The notes under the pieces were generated by a model. The model was given only the letters and a program-made list of their open reading frames with translations, had not been told where the DNA came from and did not search any database. A program made the position numbers and the translations under genes. A DNA stretch of 64,000 bases from a candidate division FCPU426 bacterium (GTDB lineage Bacteria; Oederibacteriota; Muellerivitia; Muellerivitales; Muellerivitaceae), in the NCBI GenBank assembly GCA_963830915.1, contig CAWHOE010000045.1:1-64000 (forward strand). The letters are read 5' to 3'. Shown in pieces: positions 18,088-27,842 of the stretch (its first letter is position 1; each line of letters begins with the position of its first letter).

Positions 18088-18945
18088 ATTAATTCGACCG
18101 ACAAGATCAACGCGGATTTTAATAAGTACATCCAACAGCCGACCGACCGGTGGAGCCTGGCGGAGGGAGCTTTGTTGATCGCCCGGCACGAATATCCACG
18201 TCTTAAAACGGCCCCTTATCTCGCTTTGCTGAAGGAAATGGGTGGAGAGGTATTCCATCGGACAGCCCCCTGCAATAGCCCTGAGAAGAAGCTGGAAAAG
18301 CTCAACGAGTTTTTTTTCGGGGACCTGGGCTTCAAGGCGAATGAAAAGGATTATTACGACCCCCAAAACAGTTATTTATCCGATGTGATGGACCGGAGAT
18401 TAGGGATTCCCATTACCATGTCGGTCGTTTATCTGGAATTGGGGTGGATGGCCGAGCTGCCCCTTGTCGGGATCAATTTCCCCGGCCGATTCCTGGTGGC
18501 CTGGAAACAATCGACGGCGGACGTTCGCCGGAACATATATGTCGACGTTTTCGACGGCGGGAAGACGCTGGACCAGGCCAGCCTGAAAAAGATACTGCGT
18601 CGGTATCTACCCGATGACGTCAAGTTCGAGCCCCTCCGCCATCTTCGAACGGCTGGGATCAAGGATATCCTTCACCGCATCCTGTTGAATTTGAAAAGCA
18701 TCCATTCGGATAGGGGGCAAGTGGAGAGGGCGTTATGGACAGCGGAATGGATGGTCAAACTGAAGCCCGGGGATATGGACAGTGTCCGGGACCTGGGTGT
18801 CTTTTGTTATTCCTTGGGGAAAATAGAAGAGGCGGAAGCGGCCTTGTCCCTGTACCTGGAAAACGCCGAAAAATCGCCGGATTATTCCCGGATATGGCAG
18901 TTGCTTCAATCGATCAAGGCCCAGCACCCTACCAATTTAAACTAA
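18088..18945 (+). CDS. SirB1/transglutaminase-like protein with C-terminal TPR, probable ATT start
   Basis: LAEGALLIA..EYP, YYDPQNSYL..V.DRRLGIPI, GINFPG; GGAGGA precedes in-frame ATT 18088. Confidence 0.85.
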   Translation: MNSTDKINADFNKYIQQPTDRWSLAEGALLIARHEYPRLKTAPYLALLKEMGGEVFHRTAPCNSPEKKLEKLNEFFFGDLGFKANEKDYYDPQNSYLSDVMDRRLGIPITMSVVYLELGWMAELPLVGINFPGRFLVAWKQSTADVRRNIYVDVFDGGKTLDQASLKKILRRYLPDDVKFEPLRHLRTAGIKDILHRILLNLKSIHSDRGQVERALWTAEWMVKLKPGDMDSVRDLGVFCYSLGKIEEAEAALSLYLENAEKSPDYSRIWQLLQSIKAQHPTNLN

Positions 18946-18950
18946 AGGGA

Positions 18951-19109
18951 TCACCAGAACATCCAGGTGGATAGCACCAAAAGAACGCCACCCTTTATCA
19001 TCAAGGAAGTGTCCATTGTTTTTTTTCCTCTCATGAGCATCCAAAAACCGACCATGCCCACCAGGCTTGAGATAGCCCCTTTGACCAGGTCCATTCCCGA
19101 AATGTTCAT
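18951..19109 (-). CDS. 52-aa two-TM small protein not in the ORF track
   Basis: ATGA overlap with the PBP stop; MNISGMDLVKGAISSLVGMVGFWMLMRGKKTMDTSLMIKGGVLLVLSTWMFW. Confidence 0.65.
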   Translation of the reverse strand: MNISGMDLVKGAISSLVGMVGFWMLMRGKKTMDTSLMIKGGVLLVLSTWMFW

Positions 19110-20932
19110 TTGCTATCCTTATCTGAAGTTAAGTCAATAATATCAGAGATCCCCTCGAAAACTTTATGGGCGATCGGAGCGGCCACGTCCTTGCCCGTGC
19201 CGCCGTTCTCGGCCAGGATGGCCATGGCGATCTTGGGGTTCTGGGCCGGGGCGAAACAGATGAACCAAGCGTGGAAATTCGGGTCCCGGGAGCCGGAAGT
19301 ACCGGTCTTGCCCGCTATCTTGATGCCCTTCACCCGCGCCTTGACCCCGATACCCCTCTCCACGTCATTGACCATCATGGTGGTGAGGAATTGGGCGGTC
19401 TGGCGGCTGATGGTGTTCTTGTAGACCTGGGGTTTGTTCTCTTCCAGGACCTTGCCGTTGATATTGGTCAACTTATCGACCATGTAGGGTGACATCATGA
19501 CCCCGTCGTCGGCGATGGCCGAGGCGATCAAGGCGGCGTTCATGGGGGTGATGCGGAAATCCTTCCCCAAGCCGGTGGCGGCCTCGGCAAGCTCGTATTT
19601 GGTCAGGCCCAGTTTAGGGGAGACGCCCATGGACATGGGGATGTTGATGGTCTTGGGGAGGGAATTGAACCCGAAACGATTGTTGAATTCGAAAAGGGTG
19701 TCCTCGCCCAGGGTTGAGCCCAGTTTGGCGTAGGCCATGTTGCAGGAAGTATCGAAGGCCTCCTCCAAACTGCGGATGGTCTTGTGCTTTTGCCAATCAT
19801 AGAAGATCTTCCCGTCGATGTAGGTATATCCCTTGCAGTAAAGGGGGAAGACGGTGTTCAGGTTGAGGTTCTTTTCCACCGCGGCGGCGGAAGTGACGAT
19901 CTTGATGATGGACCCTGGTTCGTAAAGACTTTCCAACGCACGGTCTTTCAAGGGCGTGTTTTTGTTGCCGATATAATCCCACCAGCCTTCGTGGATCTTC
20001 TCAGGCGTGAAGGTCGGTTGGGATACACAGCCAAGGATCTCGCCGGTTCGGGGGTTCAGAACAACGATAGCTCCTTTTTGCCAACCCATGGCCTTGGAAA
20101 GCACCCTCTGGATACGGCTATCCAATGTCAGGTAAAGTTTGTTGCCGGGGAAATAGGACTGATAGACTTTCTCCAGACCGGCCGAGCCTCGATTATTGGT
20201 TTCGTTGGTGTCGTAATACCCGATGATATGGGCGAATTCTTTCCCGAAGGGATAGCCTTTCTCGCCGTTCTTGGCCCATTCCAAAGCCAGGGGAACCCCA
20301 TTGCGGTCGAATATGTAATAGATGGAACCGCGGTCGCGTTCTTCGCGGGCTTGTTCCAAAAGCACCTGGATCTTTTTGTTCTTGGGGTCGAGGTTCAGGG
20401 CTTGTTCATATTCCTTCTCGCCCTTGGCGACTTGACCCATGGCCCTTTCGGTGGTGCCCAGGGCGATGTAAACATCCGGGTTGTTGGATTGAAGCTCCAG
20501 CGCGTGTTGAAGTTCCAGTTCCGCTTCCTGATATTTCCCGTCATCGATGAATAATTGGCCTGTTTTCAAGTGATTGAAACGTCGGCTAAAAGTCAGGCCT
20601 TGCTTGATGGCCTGGTCATATAAGTCCTTGGCTTTGTCCAAGTTGCCGGCCTTGATCTCCACCAGGCCCAGACCGTCGATGGCCCTGGCGTTACCGGGGT
20701 TGCGGGTCAAGACCTTGTTGAATTCCATGCGGGAAAGTTCCAGGTCGCCCTTACGCCAATATTTGAGTCCCTGGAGGTAGTTATACTGGTTCATCAGGAA
20801 TGTTTTGGAGGTCACCAATCCGCAGAAAATGATGATGATCAGGACGACCGTGCGGGCGGAGGGAAGCTTGGTGCGTTTTTTTCTCGACAGGGACATGGGT
20901 TTGTAACGGCTGAACGGATCGATAAAGGCCAT
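19106..20932 (-). CDS. TPR-containing class B penicillin-binding protein (PbpA-like transpeptidase)
   Basis: TM anchor, TPR repeats, SIIK (SxxK), SCN (SxN), KTGT motifs. Confidence 0.9.
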   Translation of the reverse strand: MAFIDPFSRYKPMSLSRKKRTKLPSARTVVLIIIIFCGLVTSKTFLMNQYNYLQGLKYWRKGDLELSRMEFNKVLTRNPGNARAIDGLGLVEIKAGNLDKAKDLYDQAIKQGLTFSRRFNHLKTGQLFIDDGKYQEAELELQHALELQSNNPDVYIALGTTERAMGQVAKGEKEYEQALNLDPKNKKIQVLLEQAREERDRGSIYYIFDRNGVPLALEWAKNGEKGYPFGKEFAHIIGYYDTNETNNRGSAGLEKVYQSYFPGNKLYLTLDSRIQRVLSKAMGWQKGAIVVLNPRTGEILGCVSQPTFTPEKIHEGWWDYIGNKNTPLKDRALESLYEPGSIIKIVTSAAAVEKNLNLNTVFPLYCKGYTYIDGKIFYDWQKHKTIRSLEEAFDTSCNMAYAKLGSTLGEDTLFEFNNRFGFNSLPKTINIPMSMGVSPKLGLTKYELAEAATGLGKDFRITPMNAALIASAIADDGVMMSPYMVDKLTNINGKVLEENKPQVYKNTISRQTAQFLTTMMVNDVERGIGVKARVKGIKIAGKTGTSGSRDPNFHAWFICFAPAQNPKIAMAILAENGGTGKDVAAPIAHKVFEGISDIIDLTSDKDSK

Positions 20933-21108
20933 AAATTAAAATTCTCCTTGGTGAATCAAAGCATTTTAATGGTAATGAAGAAGGAATAAAGGGAAAAAAG
21001 CGGCGGGAGGGGCTTAATTGGCCCTGAAAACGTTGCGACTTTGTTCCCCTGAAGGATAAGATAACTTTTGCAGGCTGGTTCAAGCTTTTTGCGGCCAAAG
21101 GAATCTAA

Positions 21109-22335
21109 GTGGAAACCGCCATTCTCACCCTTTTGATCATCAACCTGATCCTCGTTGGGATCCTTCTATCCAGGAAAGCCGCTGGTTCTCCCGGCGAGTC
21201 GATGCAACGTTCTTTCGATGACTTGTCCAAAGGGCAAGAAAAGCTTGAGCGGGCCTTGAGGGAAGAGATCGGCCGAAACCGCGAGGAAGCTAACACGAAC
21301 GCCAAACTATCCCGCGAAGAATTAGGGAGTCAGCTCATGATCCTGACCCAGGGAAATGAACAAAGGCTGGAGCGGATGAGGGAAACCATCGAGAACCGGC
21401 TGAAAATACTTCAGGACGATAACGGACAGAAGTTGGAACAGATGCGGGCGGTGGTGGATGAGAAGCTTCAATCGACCCTGGAAAAGCGCCTGGGTGATTC
21501 CTTCAAGATGGTCAGTGAAAGACTGGAACAGGTGCATCAAGGGCTAGGGGAAATGCAGAATCTGGCCGCAAATGTGGGTGACCTGAAGAAAGTGCTGACC
21601 AATGTGAAAACCAGGGGGACCTGGGGAGAGGTTCAATTGGGAAGCCTGATGGAACAAGTCCTGACACCCGAACAATACGCCACTAACCAAGAGACCAAAA
21701 AGGGAAGCGGCGAAAGGGTCGAGTTCGCCATTAAATTGCCGGGTCGGGATAAGGACGAAAGCCAGGAGGTTTGGCTTCCGGTGGACGCCAAATTCCCTCA
21801 GGAAGATTACCAACGTCTGGTCGATGCTCAAGAAAAGGGTGATGTTTCGTTGGCGGAGGAAGCGTCCAAAGCGCTTGAGACCCGAATTAAACAGGAAGCC
21901 AAGGACATCAAGACCAAATATCTTGATCCGCCCCATACCACCGATTTTGCCATTCTTTTTCTCGCCACCGAGGGTCTTTACGCTGAAGTGGCCCGACGCC
22001 CGGCCTTGATGGACCAGCTTCAACGCGACTTTCGGGTCGTGGTGAGCGGGCCCAATACATTCGCGGCCCTATTGAACAGTCTACAGATTGGATTCAGGAC
22101 GTTGGCCATCGAAAAGAGGACCAGCGAAGTTTGGGGCATATTGGGGATGGTGAAAAACGAGTTTGGAAAGTTCACGGAGTTGTTGGAAAAAACCCATAAA
22201 AAGTTGCAGGAAGCAAGCAACACCATAGAAAGCGCGGCCAAGAAAACTCGGACCATCGAAAAGAGATTGAAGAACGTGGAAGGCCTGCCTGTTTCCGAAA
22301 AACCTGAAATAGGGGAAATGGATGGGGAGGAATAA
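21109..22335 (+). CDS. rmuC: DNA recombination protein RmuC
   Basis: KTRGTWGEVQL, LPVDAKFP.EDY, TTDFAILFL.TEGLYAE. Confidence 0.93.
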   Translation: METAILTLLIINLILVGILLSRKAAGSPGESMQRSFDDLSKGQEKLERALREEIGRNREEANTNAKLSREELGSQLMILTQGNEQRLERMRETIENRLKILQDDNGQKLEQMRAVVDEKLQSTLEKRLGDSFKMVSERLEQVHQGLGEMQNLAANVGDLKKVLTNVKTRGTWGEVQLGSLMEQVLTPEQYATNQETKKGSGERVEFAIKLPGRDKDESQEVWLPVDAKFPQEDYQRLVDAQEKGDVSLAEEASKALETRIKQEAKDIKTKYLDPPHTTDFAILFLATEGLYAEVARRPALMDQLQRDFRVVVSGPNTFAALLNSLQIGFRTLAIEKRTSEVWGILGMVKNEFGKFTELLEKTHKKLQEASNTIESAAKKTRTIEKRLKNVEGLPVSEKPEIGEMDGEE

Positions 22336-22410
22336 TTCCGAGAAAGACCGGTTGCTGGATGGGTTAAAACACCATTAAATAAACAGCAAATATTAAAAAA
22401 TGGTTAATTA

Positions 22411-22439
22411 TTGACCTGCTTTTTAAGGACTCCTATAGT
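22411..22439 (+). promoter_or_regulatory. sigma70-type promoter candidate
   Basis: TTGACC-N17-TATAGT upstream of the phosphodiesterase-like gene. Confidence 0.5.
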
Positions 22440-22579
22440 AGTTAAGAAATATGCGGTTATAAGAAATGGTTGAATGACTCAGTAAACCCTCTACTTATAA
22501 CGCAAACCTAAATGGCTTCCTGAATCCAAAAGTGGACCGTTAAACCACCTTGCGAAGTAAGGAAAGCAAAGGAGTTTCA

Positions 22580-24802
22580 ATGCTCATCAACGCCATTGTC
22601 CCCGGTTGTTACCATATAGAAGGTCCGGAAGAGTCGGCACTCCTTGGAAGTCCCGCTGAGATCCTCAAAGTCCTTTTAAAACAAAAGAAAAAAATCCCTC
22701 ACGTCGGAATACTTCCCGATATTTCGCACATTAACGGCGTTTCCCAAATGGCCTTGGAATTCCTGGGTTATTGGTTCTTGTTCGTCGACCAGGGTTTTCA
22801 ACAAGGAAAAAAATTCCGTATTTTGGGCACTAAGGATATGTGTGAACGGCTTTATGACATCCTGCGCGTGACCCTACTGGGGCCCACCTTGGCGGAGATG
22901 AAAAAATGGGGCTTGAGCAAAGCTCGGGCTGAGATGATCTGCAAAATGACCGAAGGCATGGCCATTCAAAAGAAAGGTGTGGTCCAGCAGATAGAGGATT
23001 TGTTCGAGTTCGTGACCATGCCGGATGAGGAAGGGGAAGTGTCCGTCCCTATTTTCGCCGGAACCAGTGATTATATGATCAAAAGGCTTGGCGGTAACTG
23101 CTATGAGGTTTCCGACCATGGCCAAACCCAAAAGTTAGATCTAAATTTTCAAGGCGAACAGATGGCTCCCCTGGCCGATTTGACTGGTCCGGTGGAAAAA
23201 CCCGAAGCCCTAAGACTGAAAGTTCTGGGCTGTTACTCCGGGTTCGACCCGGCGGGACCTACAACGGGACTGCTCTTGTGGGTAAATGGCAATGGTTTTC
23301 TCGTGGATTCTTCTTCTGGTATTAGTAAATATCTTCGGCAAGTGGGGGTTTCCAAGGACCGATTGACCGCCATCATTCAAACCCATGTTCATGATGACCA
23401 TTGTGCCTTGAGTGAATTGATGCTTTCCGAGCATTCTTTTACTTTGATCACCACAAGGGAAATATTTGAAACGACCGTGTTGAAGGTGGCCAGGGTCATT
23501 GGGGAATCGCCTGAGATGGTCAAACTCATGGTGAACTTCATCGAGGTCATTCCGGGCAAAAGCTACAACATGTACGGAGCGATCTGGGAGTTCTTCTATA
23601 CGGTACATTCCATCCCTACCATTGGTTTCAGGGTGACGGTCCAGGATGAGAACGGAAAGCCCTATACCATCCTTCATTCCAGCGACCTGGATAATTTCAA
23701 GGGAATTGGGCAGTTGGTTTCAAATGGGGTGGTAAGTCAGGAACATTTCGACCGCATGAAGAACCTGGTTCGGGGCGATGAGTGCTTGGCCATGTTGGAT
23801 GCGGGCGGCGGTATGATCCACGGGGAACCATTCGATTGGGATGAGACTATCGCTAAGAACCCTGGGACAGAATTCCTTTTCTACCATATCAATCCCTCGA
23901 AAGTGGACAGAGCCAAATACCAAGTGGGCGAGCCGGGGTGGGGAAAGACTTTCCTGAAAGAACGGACCTATTCCCAATCGGTCTATAACGGGGTCATTCA
24001 AGCCTTGAAGCTTTTTGAGGTGAAGGACCCAACTTGGCTGAACATACTCTTTTCCCGAGGGCAAGTGGTCGAGTTCCCGGCGAACGCGGAAGTTGTGCGA
24101 AAGGGGCAGGAAGGCGATAGTTTTTATTTCATCCTTTCCGGTTCCCTCGATGTGATGGACCCTGAGAACAAAAAAGATCCCCTTCTTGCCACTTTGGAAA
24201 GCGGCGATTTTTTTGGGGAAATGTCCATCATTAACAAATCAAAGACCAATGCGACGGTTCAAGCCAAGACCCCGGTGACCCTCTTCAAGTTGGCGGGAGA
24301 ACTATTCCTGGAATTCGTTGAAAAGAACGATTTGAAAGAGAATTTTTCAAGCCTTTGGAAAAGGCGTCCGGTCATTTCCGCTGTGGCGATTTTCAGGGAC
24401 CTGGACCCGACAGCCAAACACGAGATTTCGCTTCTGGCCAGAAGCCAGACTTTCCATAAGGACGAGTTAGTGATGAGACAGGGAAGCAAGACGGAGGATT
24501 TTTATATTATTTCCTCGGGCAAGGTCGAGATCTTCCGGAAAAACGAGCATGGAAAAATGGTTTTTTCTGTTGAGTTAAAACCCGGGGATTTCTTTGGCGA
24601 GAATGTGGCCATGGGTTATACCGATAAAAGAAACGCAACCGCCAAGGCATTAACGGATGTCACGACCCTCGTAATCTCATCCAAGGAGCTTAGGCAGTTG
24701 GCCAAGAGAATGCCGATCTTGAGGCATCAACTTCACTTGGTTATGAAGCAACGGGGAGTGGCTGAAGAAGTTTTGGAGAAGGGTGTTGTTTCGATCAAGT
24801 AG
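22580..24802 (+). CDS. Metallo-beta-lactamase-fold putative cyclic nucleotide phosphodiesterase with two cNMP-binding domains
   Basis: THVHDDH, HSIPTIG, and two GDFFGE cNMP motifs. Confidence 0.82.
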   Translation: MLINAIVPGCYHIEGPEESALLGSPAEILKVLLKQKKKIPHVGILPDISHINGVSQMALEFLGYWFLFVDQGFQQGKKFRILGTKDMCERLYDILRVTLLGPTLAEMKKWGLSKARAEMICKMTEGMAIQKKGVVQQIEDLFEFVTMPDEEGEVSVPIFAGTSDYMIKRLGGNCYEVSDHGQTQKLDLNFQGEQMAPLADLTGPVEKPEALRLKVLGCYSGFDPAGPTTGLLLWVNGNGFLVDSSSGISKYLRQVGVSKDRLTAIIQTHVHDDHCALSELMLSEHSFTLITTREIFETTVLKVARVIGESPEMVKLMVNFIEVIPGKSYNMYGAIWEFFYTVHSIPTIGFRVTVQDENGKPYTILHSSDLDNFKGIGQLVSNGVVSQEHFDRMKNLVRGDECLAMLDAGGGMIHGEPFDWDETIAKNPGTEFLFYHINPSKVDRAKYQVGEPGWGKTFLKERTYSQSVYNGVIQALKLFEVKDPTWLNILFSRGQVVEFPANAEVVRKGQEGDSFYFILSGSLDVMDPENKKDPLLATLESGDFFGEMSIINKSKTNATVQAKTPVTLFKLAGELFLEFVEKNDLKENFSSLWKRRPVISAVAIFRDLDPTAKHEISLLARSQTFHKDELVMRQGSKTEDFYIISSGKVEIFRKNEHGKMVFSVELKPGDFFGENVAMGYTDKRNATAKALTDVTTLVISSKELRQLAKRMPILRHQLHLVMKQRGVAEEVLEKGVVSIK

Positions 24803-25014
24803 AGTAATACGGGTTATAAAAATAAGGGTTTAAAACACAACAAGCTTGGATCTAGTGAAATAATTCACAATTAAGTCCTAAATATTTCTTGATAAGACTG
24901 TCAAATTCTCATAAAAAACATCAAAAAGATGACGGATTTTCGGCTATTTATTGTTTTTAACTAGCTTATAAATACATAATTCCAATATCTTATCGATAAA
25001 CAAAACCCTTAAAA

Positions 25015-25034
25015 AAGGGCATAGAAATTGCATT
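25015..25034 (+). promoter_or_regulatory. sigma54 (-24/-12) promoter
   Basis: aaGGGCAtagaaaTTGCAtt, GG-N10-GC; repeated at 30911 and 44058. Confidence 0.8.
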
Positions 25035-25090
25035 TTTAGGTCTTGCAAGGTGATTTTGACTCAACAAATTTCCTCAAAAAGGAATACTAG

Positions 25091-27718
25091 GTGACCAACC
25101 TAAAAACGATTTCAGTCAAAAATATCCATTTCATTTCTTTGATAGTATTCTTGTGTTCTGTATTATTCCCCGCTATTTCACTGGCAACATCAGCTCAATT
25201 AAAAGTTGTTGGAAACCAAATTGTAACCGCAAGCGGCGGCTGTACGGTTCGCTTGAAAGGTGTTGATTTTTCAGGTTTAGAATTCGATCCCCAGGGTGAT
25301 CAATGGAATGGTGGAGCGCCAACGACAACCATCAATGGGGTCACCATGACCAATTATATAGCTCTGGTCACTGAGGCGGTGGGTGTTTGGCACGCCAACT
25401 GCGTTCGACTCCCCATCAACCAGGATTTTTGGTTCGGTTGTAACGCCAACGGAAAAACCCCTAATCAAGTGGCCTACCAGGGAATGATCCAAGCTGTTGT
25501 TAACTACTGTAACACCAACAATGTGTACTTGGATTTGGATCTGCATTGGTCGGGAACATCCAATAGTTCAACTACTACATCCCCTTGCGGCGGAACGGGA
25601 TGGGGAAGCGCCAATGCGCAACAAGTCATGCCAGATATGAACGCTGTTACCTTTTGGAGCAATGTCGCAGGCACTTCCTGGCTACAAAATAATCCCGCGG
25701 TCATGTTCGATCTTTACAATGAACCACATGATGTTAGCTGGGATGTGTGGAGAACCGGTGGTTCTACAGGATCTACGCCATCCTATACTCCTGGCCTCCA
25801 GGGTCTTTTGACCGCGGTTAGAAACGCGGGCGCTAACAACATATGCTTAGCGGGTGGTCTTCAATGGGCTTACGACCTGACCGGAGTAGCAAGCGGAAGT
25901 ACCAGTTGCACGGGGGGGACAAATTGTGGATTGACAGATACTGGTTCGGGCAACGGAGTTATCTACACAGCCCACGTTTACAGCAATAAAGGTACGGCTT
26001 CCGAAACTACGTGGGATCCATTCGTGACCATTGCTACCAGCATTCGCGCGGTCGATGTTGAGGAATTTGGCGCTGGTTCCGGTGACCCCGCTGGTTGGGA
26101 CAATACTGTCATAGGCTGGATCGATGGCGCGAATAATAAAGGCTATGTTTATAACGCCACTGGGTGGGCGTTTAGCGCGGACGTAGGTCCGACCATGCTA
26201 TCAGGTTGGAGCGGTTTTCCGACCACCTCTTATCATGGCGCGCCGGTCTCGACATGGCTTTACAATTTGAACCAGACCCCCACACCCAATTGCTCGGGAG
26301 TCACCTCAACGCCAACTTTTACCTTCACCAATACTCCGACTAATACACCTGCTCCGCCCACCAATACAGCCACCATGACCGCGACATCCACTCCAACCAA
26401 TACAATGACTAAAACAGCGACGAACACCGCCACTAAGACCTCGACTTTTACAGCCACCGCTACAGCTTCTTCTACTTCAACCAATACACCCATTCCGGCT
26501 ACCAATACCCCTACGCCGACTTACACTTCAACTGCCACCAATACTCTGGTTAATACATCTACCAGCACTAAAACGGCGACTAATACGGCGACTAACACAT
26601 TTACCAGCACAAAAACTCCGACCTTAACTGGTACCCTTACATCGACTATGACTTCGACCAATACCTTGGTCAATTCAGCGACCCCGACTTTTACCGTTAC
26701 TTTGACATTTACGAATTCCGCCTCGCCAACCGCGACGTCCACCTATACCATGGCCAATACAGCTACCAAGACTTTTACGTCTACAGCGACGTTTACTTTC
26801 AGCAAAACCTCGACATTTACATCCACCTTGACCGCGACATCTACCCCGACCTCGACATCCACCGACACTCCTTTGTTTTCTTACACACCCACCAATACGG
26901 CGACCATTTCGTTTACTCCCACGGAGACACTTTCGCCGACTACAACTCCTACTCCCACGCTCACTTTCACACCCTCATTCAGTTTTACCCCGTCCCTGAC
27001 AATGTCGCCTACCAATACTAGGACATCCACCTCTACATCGACCCTTACCGATACGCCTACTTTAACCTTGTCGCCAACACTTACATTCACTTCGACCCAA
27101 ACCCTTTCTCCGACCCCGACGGCTACCAATACCAATAGCAATACCCCTTCTAATACCGCGACCGTTACGAACACCGCTACCCAAACCTTTACGTCCACCT
27201 CGACTTTGAGCCCGACCATGACGAGTACGGCCAGTAATAGCCCCACTGCCACCAATACTTACACGAGGACCAATACTTTTACGAATACGTTCACTCCGAC
27301 CAAAACGAATACGCCGACCTTTAGTTTCACACCAACTTCAACCAGTACCTGGACGGGAACTCCGACTAACACCTTTACATTCACACCGACCCTTTCAAAC
27401 ACGCCAACTTTTTCAGCGACACCCACAACGGTTATCCAACCAGTCGTTTTTGGCCCTTATCCCAATCCTTCAGAAGGACAACCAGTTAACATCGATATAG
27501 AAGTCCCGGGACCTTCGACTGTGAAGTGGGCGGTTTATACCTTGGCATTCCGAAAGGTTTATGGAGGGTCCTTCTCGGTCAACTCGACTATGACCTGGAT
27601 GTGGGACCTGAAAGACAAGAAAGGAACCCAGGTTTCCAATGGGCTTTATTATGTAAAACTGGAAATCACTGGAGCTCAAAACCTGAACAAAACCTTGAAG
27701 CTCCTTGTCATTCGGTGA
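25091..27718 (+). CDS. Secreted GH5 glycoside hydrolase + Thr-rich stalk + class I C-terminal domain
   Basis: ANCVRLP, LDLHW, DLYNEP (acid/base), HVY, EEFG (nucleophile); PYPNP CTD. Confidence 0.88.
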   Translation: MTNLKTISVKNIHFISLIVFLCSVLFPAISLATSAQLKVVGNQIVTASGGCTVRLKGVDFSGLEFDPQGDQWNGGAPTTTINGVTMTNYIALVTEAVGVWHANCVRLPINQDFWFGCNANGKTPNQVAYQGMIQAVVNYCNTNNVYLDLDLHWSGTSNSSTTTSPCGGTGWGSANAQQVMPDMNAVTFWSNVAGTSWLQNNPAVMFDLYNEPHDVSWDVWRTGGSTGSTPSYTPGLQGLLTAVRNAGANNICLAGGLQWAYDLTGVASGSTSCTGGTNCGLTDTGSGNGVIYTAHVYSNKGTASETTWDPFVTIATSIRAVDVEEFGAGSGDPAGWDNTVIGWIDGANNKGYVYNATGWAFSADVGPTMLSGWSGFPTTSYHGAPVSTWLYNLNQTPTPNCSGVTSTPTFTFTNTPTNTPAPPTNTATMTATSTPTNTMTKTATNTATKTSTFTATATASSTSTNTPIPATNTPTPTYTSTATNTLVNTSTSTKTATNTATNTFTSTKTPTLTGTLTSTMTSTNTLVNSATPTFTVTLTFTNSASPTATSTYTMANTATKTFTSTATFTFSKTSTFTSTLTATSTPTSTSTDTPLFSYTPTNTATISFTPTETLSPTTTPTPTLTFTPSFSFTPSLTMSPTNTRTSTSTSTLTDTPTLTLSPTLTFTSTQTLSPTPTATNTNSNTPSNTATVTNTATQTFTSTSTLSPTMTSTASNSPTATNTYTRTNTFTNTFTPTKTNTPTFSFTPTSTSTWTGTPTNTFTFTPTLSNTPTFSATPTTVIQPVVFGPYPNPSEGQPVNIDIEVPGPSTVKWAVYTLAFRKVYGGSFSVNSTMTWMWDLKDKKGTQVSNGLYYVKLEITGAQNLNKTLKLLVIR

Positions 27719-27842
27719 TTTTTTAAAGAACGCTTGAATGTGTTCGTGACATTTCAGAATTTTATCTTCCAAAAGCTATGCCATACCCGCCCGTGTGACG
27801 AATCCTTGAATATTAACCCAGCGCTTTGTCGAATGAAGAGAA

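Noticed and set aside
27765..27783. Minus-strand sigma54-like sequence tggcatagcttttgg
   Set aside because: Lacks the -12 GC and points away from the genes
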